64,000 bases of DNA from the NCBI RefSeq assembly GCF_001677475.2, contig NZ_CP015229.1; one strand, given 5' to 3'. The stretch is from Escherichia coli (GTDB lineage Bacteria > Pseudomonadota > Gammaproteobacteria > Enterobacterales > Enterobacteriaceae). The translations under genes were made by a program, and so were the position numbers. How positions within the stretch are numbered: position 1 is the first letter of the stretch; the number at the start of each line of letters is the position of its first letter. Under the pieces are notes generated by a model, which was given only the letters and a program-made list of their open reading frames with translations, did no database searches and had not been told where the DNA came from. Below, in pieces: positions 27,225 to 40,424 of this stretch.

Positions 27225-27827
27225 TTACTCAGATTCCCCGGCTTCGCTTACCACTTTGCTAAATATCGTCTGCAGCGCGGTGAGATCCCCCATTGCCCCA
27301 CTCTGATTTGCCTGATTCCAGGCCTCTTTTTCGATACCCTGCCAGCTCAGTTGGTAGCCCGCATGAATCGCCAGCTGCTCGAAGAAGATCCGCTGTGCCA
27401 GACCACTTCCCACCCGGAAGGGATGCAGCACGTTGATTTCACAATAGTAATGTGCCAGCCGCTCGACGAACTTCCCTTTCTCCAGGCCAACCAGATAACC
27501 TTCTTCCTCCAGATCCTGCATCAGGGCATTGCCCTCTTTTTCGATATAAGCAAAGTGGCAGAACGGCGTATCGCCCTGATAAATATCAACTTCACGCAGT
27601 TGCCCTGCCCAGTCGAAAATATCCTGATACAGCTGGCGATGGATAGTGCGCAAATGCGGTAAACCGCGCACCAGCGGACCAAGCTCAATGGTCGCAGCAC
27701 GCAGCGCCGTCATTTCGTAAGCGGCCTGTTCCAGCCGCTGTTGCTGGCGGATGTTCAGCCGGTTACGCATGATATCAAGGCCAGGATAAAGATACGGATC
27801 GCGCCCTTCGCCGAATTTATCGCTCAT
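27225..27827 (-). CDS. fic: Fic-family protein with non-canonical active-site motif (cell filamentation protein Fic)
   Basis: 200-aa ORF; motif [12 protein letters not shown] in place of canonical HxFx(D/E)GNGRxxR. Confidence 0.92.
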   Translation of the reverse strand: MSDKFGEGRDPYLYPGLDIMRNRLNIRQQQRLEQAAYEMTALRAATIELGPLVRGLPHLRTIHRQLYQDIFDWAGQLREVDIYQGDTPFCHFAYIEKEGNALMQDLEEEGYLVGLEKGKFVERLAHYYCEINVLHPFRVGSGLAQRIFFEQLAIHAGYQLSWQGIEKEAWNQANQSGAMGDLTALQTIFSKVVSEAGESE

Positions 27828-27984
27828 AGTGCCTCCTCAGCTCTTCAAGGCGCGCTAAAGCCTCTGCGGCAGTAAGAGTGACTAAAGGCATCTCGACGCC
27901 TTCAAGACGGCGACTGGCCTGGAAATTACGATTACGCTGAAGCTCCCAGAGACGGGACTTTTGCTTATCGGTGAGTTTCTTCAC
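27817..27984 (-). CDS. yhfG: Small Fic-associated protein YhfG (55 aa, GTG start) carrying SxxxEG inhibitory-helix-like motif
   Basis: Hand-translated: [55 protein letters not shown]; stop overlaps fic start by 11 nt; not in ORF track because under 60 aa. Confidence 0.8.
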   Translation of the reverse strand: MKKLTDKQKSRLWELQRNRNFQASRRLEGVEMPLVTLTAAEALARLEELRRHYER

Positions 27985-28088
27985 TTGATGCCTCCCTGAA
28001 CGTGTCCATTTGCCACAAGTATAAGCGGCAAATCCGGGTTACGCCGGGAGAGCAGAAGCGCGGGCAAGATTGCCCGCGCGAGAAATCA

Positions 28089-28670
<582 letters not shown>

Positions 28671-28931
28671 TTAACAAACAGAGCAGAAAAAAAGCAAGTG
28701 AAGAGATTCTAAATAGCCTTCAAGAACAAGGCCATCCCTTTACCTAATTTTACGTATCTGAAATATATGTAACCTGACGATCACTTTTTATTCCGTGATC
28801 AAAATCACCTCTTAAAATGCAATTTAGCAACCGATTGCAATAAAACATTTAAACAGATCACAAAATCACCTAAAATCGCCCGCTCGCGGCATATCCCGCT
28901 ATGCCATTTTATTTTTGAACGCAGGCCAATC

Positions 28932-30113
28932 ATGACTAACAGCAATCGCATCAAGCTCACATGGATTAGCTTTCTCTCCTACGCACTGACCGGTGCGTTG
29001 GTTATTGTCACCGGGATGGTGATGGGAAATATCGCCGATTATTTCAATCTGCCTGTTTCCAGTATGAGTAACACCTTCACCTTCCTCAACGCCGGCATTT
29101 TAATCTCTATCTTCCTCAACGCCTGGCTGATGGAAATCGTCCCGTTGAAAACGCAGTTACGTTTTGGCTTTCTCCTGATGGTGCTGGCGGTTGCCGGTTT
29201 GATGTTCAGCCACAGCCTGGCGCTGTTCTCGGCGGCGATGTTCATTCTCGGGGTGGTCAGCGGCATCACCATGTCGATTGGTACATTCCTGATAACACAA
29301 ATGTATGAAGGGCGTCAGCGCGGTTCCCGCCTGTTATTTACCGACTCCTTCTTCAGTATGGCTGGGATGATTTTCCCAATGATCGCCGCGTTTCTACTGG
29401 CGCGCAGCATTGAGTGGTACTGGGTTTATGCCTGCATCGGGTTGGTGTATGTCGCTATTTTTATTCTGACCTTCGGCTGTGAGTTCCCGGCGCTGGGCAA
29501 ACATGCGCCAAAAACGGATGCTCCGGTAGAGAAAGAAAAGTGGGGGATCGGCGTACTGTTTCTCTCTATTGCGGCGCTGTGCTACATCCTCGGTCAGTTA
29601 GGTTTTATCTCCTGGGTGCCTGAGTATGCCAAAGGCCTGGGCATGAGCCTAAACGACGCGGGCACGCTGGTAAGTAACTTCTGGATGTCATACATGGTCG
29701 GTATGTGGGCGTTCAGCTTTATTCTTCGCTTCTTTGATTTGCAACGTATTCTGACCGTACTGGCTGGTCTGGCTGCGATTCTGATGTACGTCTTTAACAC
29801 CGGAACACCAGCACATATGGCGTGGTCAATTCTCGCTCTGGGCTTCTTCTCCAGCGCGATCTATACCACCATCATCACCCTGGGTTCACAGCAGACCAAA
29901 GTACCGTCGCCAAAACTGGTTAACTTTGTCCTGACCTGCGGGACCATCGGTACTATGTTGACCTTTGTGGTTACCGGCCCGATTGTTGAACATAGCGGTC
30001 CGCAGGCGGCACTGCTTACAGCAAACGGTCTGTACGCTGTCGTCTTTGTGATGTGCTTCCTGTTAGGTTTCGTCAGCCGTCACCGTCAGCATAACACCCT
30101 GACCTCTCATTAA
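28932..30113 (+). CDS. tsgA: MFS-type membrane transporter TsgA
   Basis: 393-aa 12-TM-like [24 protein letters not shown]. Confidence 0.9.
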   Translation: MTNSNRIKLTWISFLSYALTGALVIVTGMVMGNIADYFNLPVSSMSNTFTFLNAGILISIFLNAWLMEIVPLKTQLRFGFLLMVLAVAGLMFSHSLALFSAAMFILGVVSGITMSIGTFLITQMYEGRQRGSRLLFTDSFFSMAGMIFPMIAAFLLARSIEWYWVYACIGLVYVAIFILTFGCEFPALGKHAPKTDAPVEKEKWGIGVLFLSIAALCYILGQLGFISWVPEYAKGLGMSLNDAGTLVSNFWMSYMVGMWAFSFILRFFDLQRILTVLAGLAAILMYVFNTGTPAHMAWSILALGFFSSAIYTTIITLGSQQTKVPSPKLVNFVLTCGTIGTMLTFVVTGPIVEHSGPQAALLTANGLYAVVFVMCFLLGFVSRHRQHNTLTSH

Positions 30114-30273
30114 TTGTTCATGCCGGGCGGCACTATCGTCGTCCGGCCTTTTCCTCTCTTACCCTGCTACGTACATCTATTTCTATAAATCCGTTCAATT
30201 TGTCTGTTTTTTGCACAAACATGAAATGTCAGACAATTCCGTGACTTAAGAAAATTTATACAAATCAGCAATA

Positions 30274-30289
30274 TACCCCTTAAGGAGTA
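30274..30289 (+). promoter_or_regulatory. NarL/NarP 7-2-7 inverted heptamer site of nirB promoter (TACCCCT-TA-AGGAGTA)
   Basis: Read directly; centred ~27 bp upstream of FNR site as in the described pnir architecture. Confidence 0.75.
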
Positions 30290-30302
30290 TATAAAGGTGA
30301 AT

Positions 30303-30316
30303 TTGATTTACATCAA
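30303..30316 (+). promoter_or_regulatory. FNR binding site (TTGAT-TTAC-ATCAA) of nirB promoter
   Basis: Perfect FNR consensus; -10 hexamer TAAGGT at 30338-30343 places site near -41.5. Confidence 0.9.
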
Positions 30317-30374
30317 TAAGCGGGGTTGCTGAATCGTTAAGGTAGGCGGTAATAGAAAAGAAATCGAGGCAAAA

Positions 30375-32918
30375 ATGAGCAAAGTCAGACTCGCAATTAT
30401 CGGTAACGGTATGGTCGGCCATCGCTTTATCGAAGATCTTCTTGATAAATCTGATGCGGCCAACTTTGATATTACCGTTTTCTGTGAAGAACCGCGCATC
30501 GCTTATGACCGCGTACACCTCTCGTCTTACTTCTCTCACCACACCGCCGAAGAGCTGTCGCTGGTGCGCGAAGGCTTCTACGAGAAACACGGCATCAAAG
30601 TTCTGGTCGGCGAACGCGCTATCACCATCAACCGTCAGGAGAAGGTGATTCACTCCAGCGCCGGGCGCACCGTTTTTTATGACAAGCTGATCATGGCGAC
30701 CGGTTCCTACCCGTGGATCCCGCCAATCAAAGGTTCTGATACTCAGGACTGCTTTGTCTATCGCACCATTGAAGACCTCAACGCCATTGAATCCTGTGCC
30801 CGTCGCAGCAAACGCGGTGCCGTTGTTGGTGGCGGCCTGTTAGGTCTGGAAGCCGCTGGCGCGCTGAAAAACTTAGGCATTGAAACCCACGTTATCGAAT
30901 TTGCCCCTATGCTGATGGCGGAACAGCTTGATCAGATGGGCGGCGAGCAGCTACGTCGCAAAATCGAAAGTATGGGTGTGCGCGTTCACACCAGCAAAAA
31001 CACCCTTGAGATTGTGCAGGAAGGTGTCGAAGCGCGTAAAACCATGCGTTTTGCCGACGGCAGCGAGCTGGAAGTTGACTTTATCGTCTTCTCTACCGGT
31101 ATCCGTCCGCGCGATAAGCTGGCAACCCAGTGTGGTCTGGACGTTGCTCCGCGTGGGGGTATTGTCATTAATGATTCCTGCCAGACTTCCGATCCGGATA
31201 TCTACGCCATCGGTGAATGCGCAAGCTGGAACAACCGTGTATTTGGTCTGGTAGCACCAGGCTACAAAATGGCGCAGGTCGCCGTTGACCACATTCTCGG
31301 TAGCGAAAACGCCTTTGAAGGTGCTGACCTTAGCGCCAAGCTGAAACTGCTGGGCGTAGACGTAGGTGGTATTGGTGATGCGCATGGTCGCACGCCTGGC
31401 GCACGTAGCTACGTTTACCTCGACGAAAGCAAAGAGATCTACAAACGCCTGATTGTCAGCGAAGACAACAAAACCCTGCTCGGTGCGGTACTGGTGGGCG
31501 ATACCAGCGACTACGGCAACCTGCTGCAACTGGTGCTGAACGCTATCGAGCTGCCGGAAAACCCGGATTCTCTGATTCTGCCGGCGCACTCTGGTAGCGG
31601 TAAGCCGTCTATCGGTGTTGATAAACTGCCGGACAGCGCGCAAATCTGCTCCTGCTTCGACGTCACCAAAGGTGATCTGATTGCTGCCATCAACAAAGGC
31701 TGCCACACCGTTGCGGCGCTGAAAGCCGAAACCAAAGCGGGTACTGGCTGCGGTGGCTGTATCCCGCTGGTCACTCAGGTACTGAACGCGGAACTGGCGA
31801 AACAGGGCATCGAAGTTAACAACAACCTGTGCGAACACTTTGCTTATTCGCGTCAGGAACTGTTCCATTTAATCCGCGTTGAAGGCATTAAAACCTTCGA
31901 AGAACTGCTGGCGAAACACGGCAAAGGCTACGGTTGTGAAGTTTGTAAACCGACCGTCGGTTCGCTGCTGGCCTCCTGCTGGAACGAATACATTCTGAAA
32001 CCGGAACATACTCCGCTGCAGGATTCTAACGATAACTTCCTCGCTAACATCCAGAAAGACGGCACCTACTCGGTGATCCCGCGTTCTCCGGGCGGTGAAA
32101 TCACCCCGGAAGGGCTGATGGCGGTAGGTCGTATCGCGCGTGAATTTAATCTCTACACCAAAATCACCGGCTCCCAGCGCCTGGCGATGTTTGGCGCACA
32201 GAAAGACGATCTGCCGGAGATCTGGCGTCAGCTGATTGAAGCCGGCTTCGAAACCGGTCATGCCTATGCGAAAGCACTGCGTATGGCGAAAACCTGCGTG
32301 GGTAGCACCTGGTGCCGCTACGGCGTTGGCGACAGCGTCGGCCTCGGCGTGGAACTGGAAAACCGCTACAAAGGCATCCGTACGCCGCACAAAATGAAGT
32401 TCGGTGTCTCCGGCTGTACCCGTGAATGTTCAGAAGCTCAGGGTAAAGACGTAGGTATTATCGCCACCGAAAAAGGCTGGAACCTGTACGTTTGCGGTAA
32501 CGGCGGCATGAAACCGCGTCATGCAGATCTGCTTGCAGCGGATATCGATCGCGAAACGCTGATCAAATATCTCGACCGCTTCATGATGTTCTACATCCGT
32601 ACCGCCGACAAACTGACGCGTACCGCGCCGTGGTTAGAAAACCTTGAAGGCGGCATCGATTACCTGAAAGCGGTGATCATTGACGACAAACTGGGGCTGA
32701 ACGCACATCTGGAAGAAGAGATGGCGCGCCTGCGTGAAGCGGTAGTATGTGAGTGGACTGAAACGGTCAATACACCGTCCGCGCAGACTCGCTTCAAACA
32801 CTTCATCAACAGCGACAAGCGTGACCCGAACGTGCAGATGGTGCCAGAGCGCGAACAGCACCGTCCGGCAACGCCGTATGAACGTATCCCGGTAACTCTG
32901 GTGGAGGACAACGCATGA
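30375..32918 (+). CDS. nirB: NADH-dependent nitrite reductase large subunit
   Basis: 847-aa ORF MSKVRLAIIGNGMVGHRFIEDLL; FAD/NAD Rossmann motifs, BFD-like 2Fe-2S Cys cluster, sirohaem/4Fe-4S domain. Confidence 0.97.
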   Translation: MSKVRLAIIGNGMVGHRFIEDLLDKSDAANFDITVFCEEPRIAYDRVHLSSYFSHHTAEELSLVREGFYEKHGIKVLVGERAITINRQEKVIHSSAGRTVFYDKLIMATGSYPWIPPIKGSDTQDCFVYRTIEDLNAIESCARRSKRGAVVGGGLLGLEAAGALKNLGIETHVIEFAPMLMAEQLDQMGGEQLRRKIESMGVRVHTSKNTLEIVQEGVEARKTMRFADGSELEVDFIVFSTGIRPRDKLATQCGLDVAPRGGIVINDSCQTSDPDIYAIGECASWNNRVFGLVAPGYKMAQVAVDHILGSENAFEGADLSAKLKLLGVDVGGIGDAHGRTPGARSYVYLDESKEIYKRLIVSEDNKTLLGAVLVGDTSDYGNLLQLVLNAIELPENPDSLILPAHSGSGKPSIGVDKLPDSAQICSCFDVTKGDLIAAINKGCHTVAALKAETKAGTGCGGCIPLVTQVLNAELAKQGIEVNNNLCEHFAYSRQELFHLIRVEGIKTFEELLAKHGKGYGCEVCKPTVGSLLASCWNEYILKPEHTPLQDSNDNFLANIQKDGTYSVIPRSPGGEITPEGLMAVGRIAREFNLYTKITGSQRLAMFGAQKDDLPEIWRQLIEAGFETGHAYAKALRMAKTCVGSTWCRYGVGDSVGLGVELENRYKGIRTPHKMKFGVSGCTRECSEAQGKDVGIIATEKGWNLYVCGNGGMKPRHADLLAADIDRETLIKYLDRFMMFYIRTADKLTRTAPWLENLEGGIDYLKAVIIDDKLGLNAHLEEEMARLREAVVCEWTETVNTPSAQTRFKHFINSDKRDPNVQMVPEREQHRPATPYERIPVTLVEDNA

Positions 32919-33241
32919 GCCAGTGGAAAGACATCTGCAAAATCGATGACATCCTGCCTGAAACCGGCGTCTGCGCGCTGTTAGGTGACGAGCAGGTAGC
33001 AATTTTCCGCCCGTATCACAGCGACCAGGTGTTTGCGATCAGCAACATCGACCCGTTCTTCGAGTCCAGTGTGCTGTCACGCGGGCTGATTGCTGAACAC
33101 CAGGGCGAGCTGTGGGTCGCCAGCCCGCTGAAAAAACAGCGTTTTCGCTTAAGTGATGGCTTGTGCATGGAAGACGAACAGTTTTCCGTAAAGCATTACG
33201 AAGCACGAGTGAAAGACGGCGTGGTACAGCTACGCGGTTAA
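32915..33241 (+). CDS. nirD: Nitrite reductase small subunit (Rieske-like)
   Basis: 108-aa ORF; start overlaps nirB stop. Confidence 0.93.
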   Translation: MSQWKDICKIDDILPETGVCALLGDEQVAIFRPYHSDQVFAISNIDPFFESSVLSRGLIAEHQGELWVASPLKKQRFRLSDGLCMEDEQFSVKHYEARVKDGVVQLRG

Positions 33242-33366
33242 TGTTTTAACGGGAGGCGCAATGCCTCCCCTTTTTGCATGGTCCTGTAATAACCTTCGGT
33301 ATATTGCAGGACATTTTTTAAACTTTTTGTTTTATTTTTTGTTTTTATTTTTTAAAGGATAATCAA

Positions 33367-34173
33367 ATGTTTACAGACACTATTAATAAGTGTGCGGCTA
33401 ACGCTGCGCGCATTGCACGCCTGTCGGCAAATAACCCGCTCGGCTTCTGGGTCAGCTCCGCAATGGCGGGCGCGTATGTGGGTCTTGGGATCATCCTGAT
33501 TTTCACGCTCGGTAATTTGCTCGATCCGTCCATACGTCCTCTGGTGATGGGCGCGACCTTTGGTATCGCCTTAACGCTGGTGATTATCGCCGGTTCTGAA
33601 CTGTTCACCGGACACACCATGTTCCTCACCTTTGGAGTGAAAGCGGGCACTATCAGCCACGGGCAAATGTGGGCAATCCTGCCGCAAACCTGGCTGGGTA
33701 ACCTGGTCGGTTCCGTCTTCGTTGCCATGCTCTATAGCTGGGGTGGCGGTAGCCTGCTGCCGGTAGATACCAGCATCGTTCACTCCGTCGCGCTGGCAAA
33801 AACCACTGCACCGGCAATGGTACTGTTCTTCAAAGGTGCATTGTGTAACTGGCTGGTTTGCCTGGCAATCTGGATGGCGCTGCGCACTGAAGGGGCGGCG
33901 AAATTTATCGCTATCTGGTGGTGTCTGCTGGCATTTATCGCGTCCGGCTACGAGCACTCCATCGCTAACATGACGCTGTTCGCCCTCTCCTGGTTCGGCA
34001 ACCACAGCGAAGCCTACACGCTGGCGGGTATTGGTCATAACCTGCTGTGGGTGACGCTGGGTAATACTTTATCGGGTGCCGTATTCATGGGATTGGGTTA
34101 TTGGTATGCTACGCCGAAAGCGAATCGTCCGGTTGCGGACAAATTTAATCAAACTGAAACAGCTGCCGGTTAA
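33367..34173 (+). CDS. nirC: Nitrite transporter (formate/nitrite transporter family)
   Basis: 268-aa polytopic ORF in nir operon. Confidence 0.93.
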   Translation: MFTDTINKCAANAARIARLSANNPLGFWVSSAMAGAYVGLGIILIFTLGNLLDPSIRPLVMGATFGIALTLVIIAGSELFTGHTMFLTFGVKAGTISHGQMWAILPQTWLGNLVGSVFVAMLYSWGGGSLLPVDTSIVHSVALAKTTAPAMVLFFKGALCNWLVCLAIWMALRTEGAAKFIAIWWCLLAFIASGYEHSIANMTLFALSWFGNHSEAYTLAGIGHNLLWVTLGNTLSGAVFMGLGYWYATPKANRPVADKFNQTETAAG

Positions 34174-34191
34174 TTACTAAGGGGTTTTTAC

Positions 34192-35565
34192 GTGGATCAT
34201 TTGCCTATATTTTGCCAATTACGCGATCGCGACTGTCTGATTGTCGGCGGTGGTGATGTCGCGGAACGCAAAGCAAGGTTGCTGTTAGACGCGGGTGCTC
34301 GCTTAACGGTGAATGCATTAGCGTTTATTCCACAGTTCACCGCATGGGCAGATGCAGGCATGTTAACCCTCGTCGAAGGGCCATTTGATGAAAGCCTTCT
34401 CGACTCCTGCTGGCTGGCGATTGCTGCGACGGATGATGACGCGCTTAACCAGCGCGTCAGTGAAACCGCTGAAGCTCGTCGCATCTTCTGTAACGTGGTC
34501 GATGCGCCGAAAGCCGCCAGCTTTATTATGCCGTCAATTATTGACCGCTCACCGCTCATGGTAGCGGTCTCCTCTGGCGGCACCTCTCCGGTTCTGGCGC
34601 GCCTGTTGCGTGAAAAACTTGAATCACTGCTGCCGCTGCATCTGGGTCAGGTGGCGAAATATGCCGGGCAGTTACGTGGTCGGGTAAAACAGCAGTTCGC
34701 TACAATGGGTGAACGTCGCCGTTTCTGGGAAAAACTGTTCGTTAATGACCGCCTGGCGCAGTCGCTGGCAAACAACGATCAGAAAGCCATTACTGAAACG
34801 ACCGAACAGTTAATCAACGAACCGCTCGACCATCGCGGTGAAGTGGTGCTGGTTGGCGCAGGTCCGGGCGATGCCGGGCTGCTGACACTGAAGGGTCTGC
34901 AACAAATTCAGCAGGCAGATGTGGTGGTCTACGACCGTCTGGTTTCTGACGATATTATGAATCTGGTACGCCGCGATGCTGATCGCGTTTTCGTCGGCAA
35001 ACGCGCGGGATACCACTGCGTACCGCAGGAAGAGATTAACCAGATCCTGCTGCGGGAAGCGCAAAAAGGCAAACGCGTGGTGCGGCTGAAAGGCGGCGAT
35101 CCGTTTATTTTTGGCCGTGGTGGCGAAGAGCTGGAAACACTGTGCAACGCGGGTATTCCGTTCTCGGTGGTTCCGGGTATTACCGCAGCTTCTGGTTGCT
35201 CTGCCTATTCGGGTATTCCGCTCACGCATCGCGATTATGCTCAGAGCGTGCGCTTAATTACCGGACACTTAAAAACTGGTGGCGAGCTGGACTGGGAAAA
35301 CCTGGCGGCAGAAAAACAAACGCTGGTGTTCTATATGGGACTGAATCAGGCTGCGACTATTCAGCAAAAGCTGATTGAACACGGTATGCCTGGCGAAATG
35401 CCGGTGGCAATTGTCGAAAACGGAACAGCAGTCACGCAGCGCGTGATTGACGGTACGCTCACACAGCTGGGCGAACTGGCGCAGCAAATGAACAGTCCAT
35501 CGCTAATTATTATTGGTCGGGTTGTTGGCCTGCGCGATAAACTGAACTGGTTCTCCAACCATTAA
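34192..35565 (+). CDS. cysG: Sirohaem synthase (multifunctional uroporphyrinogen-III methyltransferase/dehydrogenase/ferrochelatase)
   Basis: 457-aa ORF; N-terminal NAD-binding [11 protein letters not shown]-terminal SAM methyltransferase [10 protein letters not shown]. Confidence 0.96.
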   Translation: MDHLPIFCQLRDRDCLIVGGGDVAERKARLLLDAGARLTVNALAFIPQFTAWADAGMLTLVEGPFDESLLDSCWLAIAATDDDALNQRVSETAEARRIFCNVVDAPKAASFIMPSIIDRSPLMVAVSSGGTSPVLARLLREKLESLLPLHLGQVAKYAGQLRGRVKQQFATMGERRRFWEKLFVNDRLAQSLANNDQKAITETTEQLINEPLDHRGEVVLVGAGPGDAGLLTLKGLQQIQQADVVVYDRLVSDDIMNLVRRDADRVFVGKRAGYHCVPQEEINQILLREAQKGKRVVRLKGGDPFIFGRGGEELETLCNAGIPFSVVPGITAASGCSAYSGIPLTHRDYAQSVRLITGHLKTGGELDWENLAAEKQTLVFYMGLNQAATIQQKLIEHGMPGEMPVAIVENGTAVTQRVIDGTLTQLGELAQQMNSPSLIIIGRVVGLRDKLNWFSNH

Positions 35566-35573
35566 TTTAACCA

Positions 35574-35597
35574 GGGCCAGAGAATTCTGGCCTTTTT
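35574..35597 (+). terminator. Rho-independent terminator after cysG
   Basis: ggccagag-aatt-ctggcc hairpin followed by TTTTT. Confidence 0.7.
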
Positions 35598-35819
35598 CGT
35601 TTACAACTCTCTTTATATATTCAGCAGATAAAAATATAACTCATTAACAAAAATCATTTGTTTTTGTCCCGTTATATTCACCGTTACAGCGAATTACAAA
35701 ATTAAGTCATTCGCTCACTGACGCCAATTAAATATTCCTGTATCGTTCTAAATGAGCAGTCTGCTTATATTCATATAATCAATGAATATTAATTAATATA
35801 TAATACATAGGGAATGTAA

Positions 35820-35987
35820 ATGAACAAATTTATTAAAGTTGCACTGGTAGGTGCAGTACTGGCTACGTTAACTGCATGTACTGGTCATATTGAAAACCGT
35901 GATAAGAACTGCTCTTACGACTACCTGCTGCACCCGGCAATTTCTATTTCTAAAATCATTGGCGGTTGCGGTCCTACTGCACAGTAA
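35820..35987 (+). CDS. yhfL: Small lipoprotein YhfL (55 aa)
   Basis: Hand-translated MNKFIKVALVGAVLATLTACTGHIENRDKNCSYDYLLHPAISISKIIGGCGPTAQ; lipobox LTAC; not in ORF track (<60 aa). Confidence 0.8.
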   Translation: MNKFIKVALVGAVLATLTACTGHIENRDKNCSYDYLLHPAISISKIIGGCGPTAQ

Positions 35988-36231
35988 GTCTCTGACTGAA
36001 AGCGGCTAACACCGGTTTAATTGCCCGACGCCCTCTGGATTTTCCGAGGGCGTATTTGTTTCTACGTCCTTCTTGCTCCCCGCCCGTAAAAATATTTTCA
36101 CTTTAATTTCAATTGGATAACTACATCCATTAGCCACAGCGCGATCCTGTGCGAAATTTTGTGATCTTCCTCCACATTACATAACATCATATGTTGTTAT
36201 ATTCATCATGCATTGTCATGTTACCTTTTAA

Positions 36232-37620
<1,389 letters not shown>

Positions 37621-37640
37621 TGTTATCTGGAGAAAATAAA

Positions 37641-38663
37641 ATGTTGGATATTGATAAAAGCACCGTGGACTTTCTGGTCACCGAAAATATGGTTCAGGAA
37701 GTGGAAAAAGTTCTCAGCCATGACGTTCCGCTGGTGCACACCATCGTGGAAGAGATGGTGAAGCGCAACATTGATCGTATTTATTTCGTTGCCTGCGGAT
37801 CGCCACTCAACGCGGCGCAAACGGCGAAACATCTGGCGGATCGCTTTTCCGATCTTCAGGTCTACGCCATTTCCGGCTGGGAGTTCTGCGATAACACCCC
37901 GTATCGCCTCGACGATCGTTGCGCAGTAATTGGCGTTTCTGACTACGGTAAAACAGAAGAGGTAATCAAAGCGCTGGAGCTGGGGCGGGCCTGCGGCGCG
38001 CTCACTGCGGCATTCACCAAACGCGCGGATAGCCCGATTACCTCGGCGGCGGAATTTAGCATTGATTATCAGGCCGACTGTATTTGGGAAATTCATCTGC
38101 TGCTCTGCTACAGCGTGGTGCTGGAGATGATCACCCGCCTCGCGCCGAACGCGGAAATCGGCAAGATCAAAAACGATCTCAAGCTGTTGCCGAATGCGCT
38201 CGGTCATCTGGTACGCACCTGGGAAGAAAAAGGCCGCCAGCTTGGTGAACTGGCCAGCCAGTGGCCGATGATTTATACCGTTGCTGCGGGTCCGCTGCGT
38301 CCGCTGGGTTACAAAGAAGGCATTGTAACGCTAATGGAATTTACCTGGACGCACGGCTGCGTGCTCGAAAGCGGAGAGTTCCGCCACGGCCCACTGGAAA
38401 TTGTCGAGCCGGGCATTCCGTTCCTATTCCTGCTCGGCAATGACGAAAGTCGCCACACCACCGAACGCGCCATTAACTTTGTAAAACAGCGTACTGACAA
38501 CGTGATCGTCATTGATTACGCCGAAATTTCGCAAGGGCTGCACCCGTGGCTGGCACCGTTCCTGATGTTCGTGCCAATGGAGTGGCTCTGCTACTACCTG
38601 TCTATTTACAAAGATCACAACCCGGATGAACGCCGCTATTACGGTGGTCTGGTGGAATATTAA
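37641..38663 (+). CDS. frlB: Fructoselysine-6-phosphate deglycase (SIS domains)
   Basis: Probable start [12 protein letters not shown] at 37641 (340 aa). Confidence 0.9.
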   Translation: MLDIDKSTVDFLVTENMVQEVEKVLSHDVPLVHTIVEEMVKRNIDRIYFVACGSPLNAAQTAKHLADRFSDLQVYAISGWEFCDNTPYRLDDRCAVIGVSDYGKTEEVIKALELGRACGALTAAFTKRADSPITSAAEFSIDYQADCIWEIHLLLCYSVVLEMITRLAPNAEIGKIKNDLKLLPNALGHLVRTWEEKGRQLGELASQWPMIYTVAAGPLRPLGYKEGIVTLMEFTWTHGCVLESGEFRHGPLEIVEPGIPFLFLLGNDESRHTTERAINFVKQRTDNVIVIDYAEISQGLHPWLAPFLMFVPMEWLCYYLSIYKDHNPDERRYYGGLVEY

Positions 38664-38712
38664 TCCCTCTCCCGGCCCGGCAACGGGCCGGATTTACGCA
38701 AGGAGTTACCCG

Positions 38713-39543
38713 ATGAAAACAGGTATGTTTACCTGCGGCCACCAGCGGCTGCCTATTGAACACGCATTCCGTGATGCAAGCGAGCTGGGTTACGACGGCA
38801 TCGAAATTTGGGGCGGTCGCCCGCACGCGTTCGCGCCGGACTTAAAAGCGGGCGGCATCAAACAGATCAAGGCGCTGGCGCAGACGTATCAGATGCCGAT
38901 TATCGGTTATACGCCAGAAACCAACGGCTATCCGTATAACATGATGCTGGGCGATGAACATATGCGTCGCGAAAGCCTGGACATGATCAAGCTGGCGATG
39001 GATATGGCAAAAGAGATGAACGCCGGTTATACGCTGATTTCTGCGGCCCACGCGGGCTATCTCACGCCACCTAATGTTATCTGGGGACGGCTGGCAGAGA
39101 ACCTAAGCGAACTGTGTGAGTACGCGGAAAACATCGGCATGGATCTAATCCTCGAACCGTTAACACCGTATGAATCGAACGTCGTGTGTAATGCTAATGA
39201 TGTGCTTCATGCGCTGGCGCTGGTGCCTTCGCCGCGCCTGTTCAGCATGGTCGACATTTGCGCGCCGTATGTCCAGTCGGAACCGGTGATGAGTTATTTC
39301 GACAAACTGAGCGATAAATTGCGTCATTTGCATATTGTCGACAGCGACGGGGCCAGCGACACGCATTACATTCCCGGCGAAGGCAAGATGCCGCTGCGGG
39401 AGTTGATGCGCGATATTATTGATCGGGGCTACGACGGTTACTGCACGGTGGAACTGGTAACGATGTATATGAACGAACCCAGACTCTACGCTCGCCAGGC
39501 GCTGGAACGCTTTCGCGCGCTGCTGCCGGAGGATGCGAGATGA
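38713..39543 (+). CDS. frlC: Fructoselysine 3-epimerase (xylose-isomerase-like TIM barrel)
   Basis: Probable start [19 protein letters not shown] at 38713 (276 aa). Confidence 0.88.
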   Translation: MKTGMFTCGHQRLPIEHAFRDASELGYDGIEIWGGRPHAFAPDLKAGGIKQIKALAQTYQMPIIGYTPETNGYPYNMMLGDEHMRRESLDMIKLAMDMAKEMNAGYTLISAAHAGYLTPPNVIWGRLAENLSELCEYAENIGMDLILEPLTPYESNVVCNANDVLHALALVPSPRLFSMVDICAPYVQSEPVMSYFDKLSDKLRHLHIVDSDGASDTHYIPGEGKMPLRELMRDIIDRGYDGYCTVELVTMYMNEPRLYARQALERFRALLPEDAR

Positions 39544-40325
39544 AAAACCTGGCGACAATCGGCGATAACTGCGTCGATATCTACCCGCAACTGAATAAAG
39601 CGTTTTCTGGCGGTAATGCGGTGAACGTGGCGGTGTACTGCACTCGCTACGGCATACAACCCGGATGCATTACCTGGGTGGGTGACGATGACTACGGCAC
39701 AAAGCTGAAGCAGGATCTTGCCCGCATGGGCGTCGATATCAGCCATGTCCATACGAAACACGGCGTTACCGCACAAACTCAGGTGGAACTGCACGACAAC
39801 GATCGCGTTTTTGGCGACTACACCGAAGGCGTGATGGCCGACTTTGCCCTGAGCGAAGAGGATTACGCCTGGCTGGCGCAGTATGACATTGTGCACGCGG
39901 CAATCTGGGGACATGCGGAGGACGCATTCCCGCACCTGCACGCAGCGGGCAAACTTACCGCTTTCGACTTCTCCGACAAGTGGGACAGCCCGCTCTGGCA
40001 GACACTGGTGCCGCATCTCGATTTTGCCTTTGCCTCCGCGCCGCAAGAAGACGAAGCGTTACGTCTGAAGATGAAGGCGATTGTTGCCCGTGGCGCAGGC
40101 GTGGTGATTGTCACGCTGGGCGAAAACAGCAGCATTGCCTGGGATGGCGCGCAGTTCTGGCGTCAGGCTCCTGAACCGGTGACGGTTATCGACACCATGG
40201 GTGCCGGAGATTCGTTCATTGCCGGATTCCTTTGCGGCTGGTCTGCGGGGATGACATTACCGCAGGCGATGGCGCAGGGAACGGCGTGCGCGGCACAAAC
40301 TATTCAGTACCACGGTGCCTGGTAG
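39540..40325 (+). CDS. frlD: Fructoselysine 6-kinase (PfkB family)
   Basis: 261-aa ORF with PfkB motifs (DTMGAGDSF); start overlaps frlC stop. Confidence 0.9.
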   Translation: MKNLATIGDNCVDIYPQLNKAFSGGNAVNVAVYCTRYGIQPGCITWVGDDDYGTKLKQDLARMGVDISHVHTKHGVTAQTQVELHDNDRVFGDYTEGVMADFALSEEDYAWLAQYDIVHAAIWGHAEDAFPHLHAAGKLTAFDFSDKWDSPLWQTLVPHLDFAFASAPQEDEALRLKMKAIVARGAGVVIVTLGENSSIAWDGAQFWRQAPEPVTVIDTMGAGDSFIAGFLCGWSAGMTLPQAMAQGTACAAQTIQYHGAW

Positions 40326-40424
40326 GCATAACGTTGGCGTGAGCATCTTCACGCCAACGTGCTGTTACTTGCCGGAAAACGACCCTATAATCCGTGTAAT
40401 TCATTCTTTATTTCAGGGTCGATT

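Noticed and set aside
30951-31868. 305-aa minus-strand ORF inside nirB (and 173-aa ORF 31869-32390)
   Set aside because: Embedded antisense frames within a confidently identified 847-aa nirB; no independent signals.
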